A stretch of DNA of 64,000 nt from Bacteroidia bacterium (GTDB taxonomy: Bacteria; Bacteroidota; Bacteroidia; UKL13-3): positions 38,616 through 102,615 of the forward strand of contig JALONP010000008.1 in assembly GCA_025454875.1 (NCBI GenBank). Direction: 5' to 3'. Below, in pieces: positions 20,184 to 28,280 of this stretch; the stretch's first letter is position 1; every line of letters starts with the position of its first letter. The notes below the pieces were generated by a model. The model was not told the origin of the DNA, made no database searches, and worked only from the letters and a program-made list of their open reading frames with translations. Both the position numbers and the translations under genes were made by a program.

Positions 20184-21707
20184 TTAAGCTTGTTCACTTT
20201 CATTCTGAGGTTGTCTTAGTTTATAATAAATTTCCAAACTTTCAATTAATGCATCTTTAAGCTGCAATCCATTGTTAAATCGAAGTTGTTGCCAGTGTCG
20301 AAGATTAAATCCTACACTTGCATCTGTTTTTGCATCTGGCTGATTACGCATTAGTAAAATAAAATTCTCTTGCTCATACCCCTTTGCTCTATTCAGCCCC
20401 ATTAAAAAGCCCACTTCATGATAAACATTTATGTTTTTTGTACTGAGATCAGCAATAAGCAACCCGGTATTATTAATCAATTCGAGTATTTCATCTGATA
20501 TGGTATAGGCATGGCCTTTATTCACCTCATCAATACGAATATGCTTTATTTTCAAATCAAGGTTGTGTCTACGGTTTGCCTCAGCTATTGCTTCCTCAAT
20601 GGCCTGCTTTACTTCTTTAGATGCTTCATCAAACTGCATAGAGATAAATACATTGCGTGACCGTGCCTTTAGAATTGTATCGTATACTACAATTAAGTCA
20701 TTGGCTGTAATATCAGCAATCGTGTAAATGTGGTTATAGAGTACCCAGTTTTTGAACGACTTCCTGAAATCACCATGCTGTAAGTTCAACTCGTAATAAA
20801 CAAATGCACTAAATAAAGCAGGGCTATTACATTCTTTCAAAACAGCATGTTGTTGATAGATTACATTGACATTATTAACAGCCTGCATTACTTTATTTAT
20901 TTCTGCATCATTGTTCTGGATAATCTTCTTTTGCAGCAATAACTTGAACAGTTCCAAAAGCACTGTACGCTTTATAATTACTTCTTCACCATTATCCTTC
21001 CATGTTTTGAACGATTCAGAAATTGCCTGTAATACTTCTAAATCAACTCTGTCCTTTACTTTTCTTGCAAAATAAAAATGAGGGCCAAAAGATGGATTAT
21101 TCTTTAATTTTTCATCAGTGAATATGTCTACTTCATCCAATATCAACCTTAAATTTTCTTCCGATGTAAGCGGTACAGACTTACTATTAATGTTATGGAA
21201 AATCACTCTTTTATACTCTTCACTTTGGGGTGTATCTGGAAAGAGAATTAAACAAAAGGGTGTCATATAATCATTAAACTCTGCCGCTTCAGGAGCTGCA
21301 CTCAGTCGGTGGTTTCCATCTATTCTGAAAAAAGGCTTATTTGTTTTCAACCAACCTTCTGGTATGTCAATAATTACTTTGTGTACCCCAGATTGAGTGG
21401 ATTTAATGCTAAAAGAATCCACATTCGATTTAAATGTTTTTCGGTCAAGAATATTCTTTAGCGGGTCAATGCCGGAAAGCCCTTTTGTAAAATCATATTT
21501 GAGGTTGTATGACAGTATTACCTCAGGAAAGAATAGATACTCTTTATCTTTTAAAAAGTTTACGATTGCTTCCCGTTGTTCGTCAATTAAGTTACGCTGA
21601 TAGCTAAGATCAGCTTCAGAACTTCTTGCTAAATCACCCATTGGGGCAAAGCCCCGAACGCAGGTGAAACCGCCTAAGGATTGTGATAATATGCCTTCTA
21701 ATCTCAT
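20184..21707 (-). CDS. DndB-like DGQHR-domain (ParB/Srx-fold) protein fused to a C-terminal nucleoside-2-deoxyribosyltransferase/SLOG-like Rossmann domain.
   Basis: The N-terminus matches the DGQHR family pattern: QRNLIDEQREAIVNFL...FFPEVILS, then FFRIDGNHRLSAA. The last ~150 aa follow the NDT-like pattern NVFISMQFDEASKE...LLIADLS..NINVYHEVGFLMGL. Confidence 0.6.
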   Translation of the reverse strand: MRLEGILSQSLGGFTCVRGFAPMGDLARSSEADLSYQRNLIDEQREAIVNFLKDKEYLFFPEVILSYNLKYDFTKGLSGIDPLKNILDRKTFKSNVDSFSIKSTQSGVHKVIIDIPEGWLKTNKPFFRIDGNHRLSAAPEAAEFNDYMTPFCLILFPDTPQSEEYKRVIFHNINSKSVPLTSEENLRLILDEVDIFTDEKLKNNPSFGPHFYFARKVKDRVDLEVLQAISESFKTWKDNGEEVIIKRTVLLELFKLLLQKKIIQNNDAEINKVMQAVNNVNVIYQQHAVLKECNSPALFSAFVYYELNLQHGDFRKSFKNWVLYNHIYTIADITANDLIVVYDTILKARSRNVFISMQFDEASKEVKQAIEEAIAEANRRHNLDLKIKHIRIDEVNKGHAYTISDEILELINNTGLLIADLSTKNINVYHEVGFLMGLNRAKGYEQENFILLMRNQPDAKTDASVGFNLRHWQQLRFNNGLQLKDALIESLEIYYKLRQPQNESEQA

Positions 21708-21712
21708 ACTTG

Positions 21713-22549
21713 CTATTTTATGATTTCACTCATTATTTCAAATTTCTCAAGCAATGTTTCTACAAACTGCTGCTTGGTAATGAAATACTTTTTGTATTTA
21801 CTTTCTAATGCTTTGCTGTAAGTAACATTAATGCGATAGTACTCTTTACCATTTGCCTTAACTGTTGTTGACATTTCAATAACTTTTGCCGAAGGCATAA
21901 ACAAAATGTGTTCGCCAATTTCAGCCTTATCAGGATCATAGGCGATGCCTACCAAATAAAAAGCATGATGTGCCCGGAAAGTGTTCTTGCCTATACTTAA
22001 AATAAGCTGGTCTGCTTTTTTTACCTGAAACCTTGATTTTACCTGTAAGTATATTGGGAGAAAAACTCCTTCTTTCAAGATAATTAAATCTATTCCCCTA
22101 GTATCTATGACAGGTCGGTACACATTTAATAACCCCTGGCTATTGAGCAAAATAATTTCTTTCACTCTGTCTTCAGCTATATTGCCTTTGGCCTGACTTG
22201 ACAAACCTGAAATATCTACGAGTGTTTCGTCTTCTTCTTCCTCCGCATCTTCAATTGATGGGGCAGCAGTCTTTGAAATAGTAATCAACTGCTGTGTTAC
22301 ATTTACTGACACTACATCACCCGGCTTTAATTTGTTACGCTTGTAAAATGTAGTAAGGCCAAATATGCGGTAATGATCTGCATTGTAATTTTTTGAAGCT
22401 ACTTGCTTCTCATCATAAAGTTTCACCTGCACCTGTGCAGTTTCATTAGGTAAGAGATCTCGTACCTGAGCCGGTACGTAAATAAACCCAAGACGGGTTT
22501 CTACCTCTATCAACTTTCGCTGGTATGTTATGGTTTGGGTATCTTTCAT
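21713..22549 (-). CDS. Small predicted nuclease: N-terminal B3-like (EcoRII-N/BfiI-like) DNA-binding pseudobarrel plus C-terminal PD-(D/E)xK nuclease core.
   Basis: N-terminal region LGFIYVPAQVRDLLP...YRIFGLTTFYKRNKLKPGDVVSV looks B3-like. C-terminal ...IDTRGIDLIIL...YLQVKSR fits a D-x(n)-(E/Q)xK core. The start overlaps the S-gene stop by ATGA. Confidence 0.5.
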   Translation of the reverse strand: MKDTQTITYQRKLIEVETRLGFIYVPAQVRDLLPNETAQVQVKLYDEKQVASKNYNADHYRIFGLTTFYKRNKLKPGDVVSVNVTQQLITISKTAAPSIEDAEEEEDETLVDISGLSSQAKGNIAEDRVKEIILLNSQGLLNVYRPVIDTRGIDLIILKEGVFLPIYLQVKSRFQVKKADQLILSIGKNTFRAHHAFYLVGIAYDPDKAEIGEHILFMPSAKVIEMSTTVKANGKEYYRINVTYSKALESKYKKYFITKQQFVETLLEKFEIMSEIIK

Positions 22550-23955
22550 GATGCTGTATTTAAAATCAGTTTTTCAATTTCCTTTTTGGCAGCTTCAAAA
22601 TCCATTTTCGCTTGTACCAAAAGTTGATGAGCTTCTTCTGTTCTCACTCTTACTTCCTTGGCAATCATTTGCTGAACCGATAGTGGTGGGGAAGGAATAA
22701 GTAAATGCTTTACATCATCCGGAGACAAATGCCCATTTGTAGCACCGGTTACATTACGTTTGATTTCAATTTGCGATGGTTTGCACCGTAAAAAAGCATA
22801 CACAAAATAAGGATCGAACTTGCTTTTATCGGTTAGAAACTTTACGATATCACCCCCTAAATAATATTTGCCAGGATATGACCAGTAACCCACCTTACCG
22901 ATAGTAGCTCCGGTGATTACTACCAAAATATCATCTTGCTTTAGTTCCTGATAAGCATTGAACACATCTTTTGCAGTTAATAGATTATCAAGGTCAATTG
23001 TGCCATCCATATTAATGGAGTTAATCTGCACAACTTTATTATCTCCTTCTTTTTCCTCCTGCTTTGGTAAATAGCCTTTCACTAAAAGGCCGGATAATAT
23101 TTGCTTCAGAAACACTGCACCATAATTCCCTTTTGCTATTGATTCCTTTACATCGTAGAAATAGGTTTTATTAAAAAATGGATCAAACCTATTACCCGAA
23201 ACTTTGGTAAAGGAGGTATTGAATGTTCGGTTTTCAATTGTATTTGCAGGTTCTGGTGGTAAGGAAATACCCAACTCATTCAAAAGGTAATCATCAATAC
23301 CATCTAACAGCTTTGCCGATTGATGTTCAGTAGACTTTCTTTGTATTCTTGCTTCAGTATAAAGTTTAGCAATTCGCTCTTGTTCATCAATTGGTGGTAC
23401 TGGGATTTTAAGAGCCCTTACTTCCTGTGCATTGACATTAGTCATTCCTGCTATTTGACGACTAACTGCATCAATTTGCATTCTGCCAATACTTGAGTTT
23501 ATAAAAAATGAAACATATTCAGGTAGCAACTTTGAATTATCCAATTCTACTCGAATAAAGTATGAAGCAAAAACCCAATCGCCATCTTCATGAAAAACAG
23601 CACATTTACCAACAAGCTCCTTAGAGTTTGTTCTGTTGAAAAGAATATCTCCTTTTCTGACTTTGTAACGTTTAAATTCTATCTCATCAAACTGAATGTA
23701 TTTCAAATCGTTTAATCTCCATTCCTCATCTTGCAGGTTTAGCATCCGAAGCATCGGATAGCCTCCATTTTCTTTGCTTGCAAGCGAAGAAGAGCCATAT
23801 TGTAGGCGTAAAATTGCTTTGCCTAAACGCTCAATCTTGTAAGGCGATTTCTCAATGGTTTTTAGAAACTTCTCATAAAGTAAATGGTAATTGGGATCCC
23901 ATCTAATAATTCCAAGCTCGCCCCGATTAAGTAAGAAATACTTATCTACACTCAA
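22546..23955 (-). CDS. hsdS: Restriction-modification specificity (S) subunit with two target-recognition domains.
   Basis: Two TRDs, each followed by a conserved helical spacer (IPVPPIDEQERIA / LIPSPPLSVQQMIA); 469 aa. Confidence 0.85.
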   Translation of the reverse strand: MSVDKYFLLNRGELGIIRWDPNYHLLYEKFLKTIEKSPYKIERLGKAILRLQYGSSSLASKENGGYPMLRMLNLQDEEWRLNDLKYIQFDEIEFKRYKVRKGDILFNRTNSKELVGKCAVFHEDGDWVFASYFIRVELDNSKLLPEYVSFFINSSIGRMQIDAVSRQIAGMTNVNAQEVRALKIPVPPIDEQERIAKLYTEARIQRKSTEHQSAKLLDGIDDYLLNELGISLPPEPANTIENRTFNTSFTKVSGNRFDPFFNKTYFYDVKESIAKGNYGAVFLKQILSGLLVKGYLPKQEEKEGDNKVVQINSINMDGTIDLDNLLTAKDVFNAYQELKQDDILVVITGATIGKVGYWSYPGKYYLGGDIVKFLTDKSKFDPYFVYAFLRCKPSQIEIKRNVTGATNGHLSPDDVKHLLIPSPPLSVQQMIAKEVRVRTEEAHQLLVQAKMDFEAAKKEIEKLILNTAS

Positions 23956-23963
23956 ATCGGGGC

Positions 23964-26171
23964 TTAGACGAAAAAACGATCTTGGCCTTGAATTACTTGC
24001 TCGATGAAAACCTTTAACTGGTCCGCAGCAGTTTCCAATTCATTAATGCCTGATTTTCTCCCGACAGCATCATAGCCAATATTCTCAGCAATCACCATCA
24101 GTATTGGGTAATTGGTTACTTCATCGGCTATTAGCTTCAGATATTCATCTTGCAGATTCTCTTTAATTTCATTTATCTGCTCATTGTACAATTGTGTGAT
24201 GTCGGCCTTCCATGCTTTAAACTCTTCCGTTTTCTCTGCTACTTTTTTACCCTTAGCACCCCATTGGGTGGGTGGAGCAGCTCCATCCAATACAGCAACA
24301 TTTTCGGCCAATTCCCAATTAATGGCATTGTAATCAAAACCCTTATGCTCTTTGAGTACCTGTTTCTTTTCTTCATCAAGCCTTTTTATTTCATCGGCAA
24401 ATTGCGGCTGAACAAATAAGCGGTCTTGCAGCTTTTCCTTTGCATCAATGATTTTTTTAGATTCCTTATCAGACAGCTTTCTCAAGAAGAGAACAGAACT
24501 TTTTACACCAGCACCATTTGCAGTGAAAGCGGTTTGGGGCAGAGATACAACCGCTACAATACGGTAGTGCTCTTCTATCCAATCTCTAACATATTGGGAA
24601 CTGCTATTGGTTAGTATTCCATCAGGAATTACTACCGCCAAAAAGCCGCCCGGCTTTAAAAATCTGTGGCATTGCTCAATAAACAACACCTCTGTACTTT
24701 GGCTGGTACGAGTACCCAGCGTGTAGTTACTTTTCTGGCGTTTATCAATCCAGTTTACATCGGTAATACCCAGTTTATAATTTTTGAGGTATGCCTGTTC
24801 AGTTTGCTTGATGCTGCTACCAAAAGGCGGATTGGTAATGATGAAGTCAAAATTATTTCGTTGAAAACCTTTGTTTCCAGTACGTTCAGCAATCACTTCA
24901 GGATCGTACAAACCATCAATCGCCACAACATTCGTATGACCATCATCGTGAATAATCATGTTCATTTTGGCGGTACGTGCTATGCCTTCAGAAATCTCTA
25001 TTCCATAGAGATTGTTTTCAGCAAAGTCGTGCCAGTATTTGTGGTGTTGTACAGAGCCCTTCTTGAAGTAACCTTCTTCTGCTTTTTTATCGGCTTGCTT
25101 TCTTACCTTATCCAATGCATAGAGCAAGAAACCACCAGAGCCGCAGGACGTATCTAATACAAGACTGTCATTTTCTATCGGCAATACCTTCACAATAAAA
25201 TCAACTACTTCCCGAGGAGTAAAATATTGACCAAAATCACCCCTGAAAAATGAACCAAGGAATGTTTCAAAAGCCCGGCCTTTGCTATCGAGGTCTGTAT
25301 CGTGCAGGTTAAGTTCTGCTAAATACCCAACTATTGTTTTTAGTTCATTTGCTGATAACCTGATTGGTTCTTTAAATACTTCGGGATCTTTCTTTTTGCC
25401 CTCCTCATATATTCCCTGAATACGTTTTAACAATTCATCGGGATGTTCACCAGTGTATTCCTGGAAGTCGTATGGCTGTCCTGATTTTCGGGGTTTACGT
25501 TCATCCCAAATTTTACAAAAGATGAGTTTATCAAGTTCGTCAAATGCTTCAGATGGATTACGCTTTCCACCAGCCCAAAGTGCCTGATGGGCTTGTTCAA
25601 AAACTTTGGTCAAATCGCTTTGCTCTACAATCTTTATATCCCTTGCAGGATTTCCAACTTCATCCCTACCACCCTTGTAAAACTTGGCAAGTGTAATGCC
25701 TGTTTGCCCAAATCTGGGAATATCAGCAATGATGTTTTGTACCCGTTCTAATGTCGGATAGTTTTTTACATCATAAGATTTTGTTTTAATGCCAGATGTT
25801 ATCTGAACGAAACGAGCACCCAAAGCAACAGCATTGCCAAAGCCTTGCTCAATTGCCTGATTGAACTCTGCTTCTGATATTTTTTGCTTTTTGCATTCTA
25901 TAACGATGTAAGGCTTCTTCTTTTCATCATCCTCAAAAACGACAATATCCGCCAAATCGCTTGGAGTTCTTTTGGGTACAATAAATTCCAAACTGATTCG
26001 CTGTGGTTTATACCCGTATTCGATTATCAAGGACAGATAAGTCTCTGCTCTCACTTGCTCTTCAGGGTCAGAGAAACGATACCGCTTGCCCTGTGCCTGA
26101 TAGATTATGTATTTGTCATCATCTTCAAACGAAACGTGACCGAGTTCAATGCCTTTACCTATTATATTCAT
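23964..26171 (-). CDS. N6-adenine DNA methyltransferase (gamma class, HsdM-like) with an N-terminal HsdR-N-like PD-(D/E)xK nuclease domain. Architecture is BcgI-A-like (Type IIB) or a Type I M subunit without a separate R.
   Basis: MTase motifs: motif I-like LVLDTSCGSGGFL and motif IV NPPFG. N-terminal ~190 aa match HSDR_N-like: ETYLSLIIEYGY...ADIVVFEDD...YIVIECKK (E...D...ExK). I chose the start at the internal Met (MNIIGKG) to avoid a 44-bp overlap with abiEii; the ORF could extend to 26225. Confidence 0.8.
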   Translation of the reverse strand: MNIIGKGIELGHVSFEDDDKYIIYQAQGKRYRFSDPEEQVRAETYLSLIIEYGYKPQRISLEFIVPKRTPSDLADIVVFEDDEKKKPYIVIECKKQKISEAEFNQAIEQGFGNAVALGARFVQITSGIKTKSYDVKNYPTLERVQNIIADIPRFGQTGITLAKFYKGGRDEVGNPARDIKIVEQSDLTKVFEQAHQALWAGGKRNPSEAFDELDKLIFCKIWDERKPRKSGQPYDFQEYTGEHPDELLKRIQGIYEEGKKKDPEVFKEPIRLSANELKTIVGYLAELNLHDTDLDSKGRAFETFLGSFFRGDFGQYFTPREVVDFIVKVLPIENDSLVLDTSCGSGGFLLYALDKVRKQADKKAEEGYFKKGSVQHHKYWHDFAENNLYGIEISEGIARTAKMNMIIHDDGHTNVVAIDGLYDPEVIAERTGNKGFQRNNFDFIITNPPFGSSIKQTEQAYLKNYKLGITDVNWIDKRQKSNYTLGTRTSQSTEVLFIEQCHRFLKPGGFLAVVIPDGILTNSSSQYVRDWIEEHYRIVAVVSLPQTAFTANGAGVKSSVLFLRKLSDKESKKIIDAKEKLQDRLFVQPQFADEIKRLDEEKKQVLKEHKGFDYNAINWELAENVAVLDGAAPPTQWGAKGKKVAEKTEEFKAWKADITQLYNEQINEIKENLQDEYLKLIADEVTNYPILMVIAENIGYDAVGRKSGINELETAADQLKVFIEQVIQGQDRFFV

Positions 26172-26181
26172 GCCGATATTT

Positions 26182-27012
26182 TTATTGTTTTTTGAATTCT
26201 TTAAAGTCAATGGAAGTTTCCTCAATTTTCTCCAGCAACTCCGTTCGCACTAATTCAAAAGCGGTTGCCTGGTCGTATTTTTCTGTTGGACGTATGAGGG
26301 CTGCTATGTCTCCTATAAATTCATCGTCCTGCATTTTGGCCTCCATGTTTTGCAGATAAACCTTTTGCGTAGGTGGTTCATCTACCACAAAATCCATGTA
26401 GGCATGATAGCATTGCAACAGGGCGTCTTTATCCATGCCTGGCACTTGCACCAGTGCCTTGTACATGTCGTATAAATCACGGCCTTTTCTGCGTTGGTAT
26501 AAGGCCCTGAGTTTTGTACCCAGCAGTTCTTCCAATTGGTAAGTGGTGATGTTGCAGGCACCGGTAAACCATGAGGAATTTACCTGAAAGGGAAATTGCT
26601 GGTAGCCCAATACAGTGAAATGTTCCCGGCAATTGGTTTCTACTTTGAGGCGGAGGTTTTGCACCGGAGGGAACTCAGATTCAAAACGGTAATGCAGGGT
26701 AAAATTGTTTTCTTTCTGCTTGCGGGCAGGGTCACCTAAAAAGGCCAGCCTCTCTCGTAAACGGTCCACCACAGGGCCGAATGGTTCTGCGGTGATTTGA
26801 ACCAAATCAATATCCTCAGAATATCTGGGTTGAGGCTGTAAATACAATTTGTGCAAAGCCGTCCCCCCTCTGAATGCTAAACTTGATGCTAACCATTCAT
26901 CTGAAAAGATTTCTACCAAGGAACGACAAATCACCAGGTCTTGCTCCACCTGTTCGTTGGTTTGCCAGGGTACCTGACTGGCCCATTCTGTTATGTATGC
27001 CTGTGGTATCAT
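26182..27012 (-). CDS. abiEii: AbiEii/AbiGii-family nucleotidyltransferase toxin (type IV TA / abortive infection).
   Basis: Signature FRGGTALHKLYL ... RYSEDIDL (DUF1814 nucleotidyltransferase motif). Confidence 0.85.
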   Translation of the reverse strand: MIPQAYITEWASQVPWQTNEQVEQDLVICRSLVEIFSDEWLASSLAFRGGTALHKLYLQPQPRYSEDIDLVQITAEPFGPVVDRLRERLAFLGDPARKQKENNFTLHYRFESEFPPVQNLRLKVETNCREHFTVLGYQQFPFQVNSSWFTGACNITTYQLEELLGTKLRALYQRRKGRDLYDMYKALVQVPGMDKDALLQCYHAYMDFVVDEPPTQKVYLQNMEAKMQDDEFIGDIAALIRPTEKYDQATAFELVRTELLEKIEETSIDFKEFKKQ

Positions 27013-27064
27013 TCGTCAAGTTATCTCGGTCATTTTTATTTTTTATTGGTCTCGATGAATCGAC

Positions 27065-27979
27065 CTATAGGTCGATTTCAATTGTAGTGTTTACGATTAC
27101 TTTCCATCTTTCGTCTGATGCAAAACCTTTGGCCGGAGCTGAGGCTTTCAGCGGTATCCGAAACAAAGGGGCATTGTTATTTTGTAAGGCCATGTATAAG
27201 GCGTTAGCCAGCGGCTGGTTGTCAAATATTTTATCCAACAGATAGCCCAAACGCTGCAAGGCAGTTACCGGAACATGCTGCAGCAGATTGGCATTAAATG
27301 CGTTGGGTTGAATACTTTCGGCTAATTCAGCCAAAACGGTGGCCACCCTGTTGATGCCACCTACCCGTTTGGCGTACTGTATCAGATCGGTGGCGGTTAA
27401 GGCAGGGTTTGAAATTTTTAAGTATCCGGTCTCGGTTTTCCGGGTGTCTAACAGTGTTGCAGGTATTTCCTTTTTGCTGATGTAGTTCAGCTTCAGCCCT
27501 TTTTTCTGCATAGGTCGCAGCACGGGAAAGCCGGTAACCACAAAAAACTCCTGTGGCTGCTGGTGCGATGCTCCATGATAGGCGGCTGCGTTTAGTAAAG
27601 CCAGGTAATAAGGCCGGTCTAATTCCTTCATAAACGCATCTAAAAACAAGGTGGGGGGAAGGATTCCCTTTGACCTGTATTGGGGCGGTATAATGAGGTA
27701 ATACCCTTTATGGATGGAAATGATCTGCTCTTTATCTACCAGCCTTTTCAAGGCGAACTTATTGGCCGTATCTGACTGCCCGGGAAAATCGGCACGGAAC
27801 TGGTGCAGGGCAAAAGCATATTTACCCTTTGCCAGCAGGTGGTTTACCCAATCTTCTGCACTCTTATATTGCCTTGAATCTTCCAAGAGAGTAATTTTTT
27901 GCGAAAGGTAGTGAAAACTACTACCTTTTGCAAATGTTTTCTCTTTATTTTTTGCTTTGCTTATCATATAGAGTAGCAA
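27065..27979 (-). CDS. abiEi: AbiEi-family antitoxin/transcriptional regulator.
   Basis: Immediately upstream of abiEii on the same strand. About 300 aa with an N-terminal wHTH-like and C-terminal AbiEi-like region. Confidence 0.65.
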   Translation of the reverse strand: MLLYMISKAKNKEKTFAKGSSFHYLSQKITLLEDSRQYKSAEDWVNHLLAKGKYAFALHQFRADFPGQSDTANKFALKRLVDKEQIISIHKGYYLIIPPQYRSKGILPPTLFLDAFMKELDRPYYLALLNAAAYHGASHQQPQEFFVVTGFPVLRPMQKKGLKLNYISKKEIPATLLDTRKTETGYLKISNPALTATDLIQYAKRVGGINRVATVLAELAESIQPNAFNANLLQHVPVTALQRLGYLLDKIFDNQPLANALYMALQNNNAPLFRIPLKASAPAKGFASDERWKVIVNTTIEIDL

Positions 27980-28280
27980 ACAAAGTCTATGAATAAACGT
28001 ATTTTAGCTAAGAACGGTAAAGGCCATTCGCAAATTGTAATTGCCCAAATCGATAGTCAATGTAGTTTAGTTATTGCTTGACTTTAGACACCATTTGGTA
28101 AAGCTATTGCTTGACTGAATTGGCAGAATAATACTAATATACATTTGCTATACAAACAAAAGAAGATAAGATGGTTGCGGTTTTCGGTAGTAGGCGCCTT
28201 TCAGCTTTTCCAAAGCCTTTGTTACTATTCATTTTTGTTGCTTAATCTATGGGCAACAAGAACTAAGAAAAGAAGGATAC

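Noticed and set aside
23964-26225. A separate HsdR (SF2 translocase) gene to complete a Type I system.
   Set aside because: No ORF with DEAD/DEAH helicase motifs exists in or near the island. The only nuclease-like modules are the N-terminus of the MTase and the 278-aa protein.
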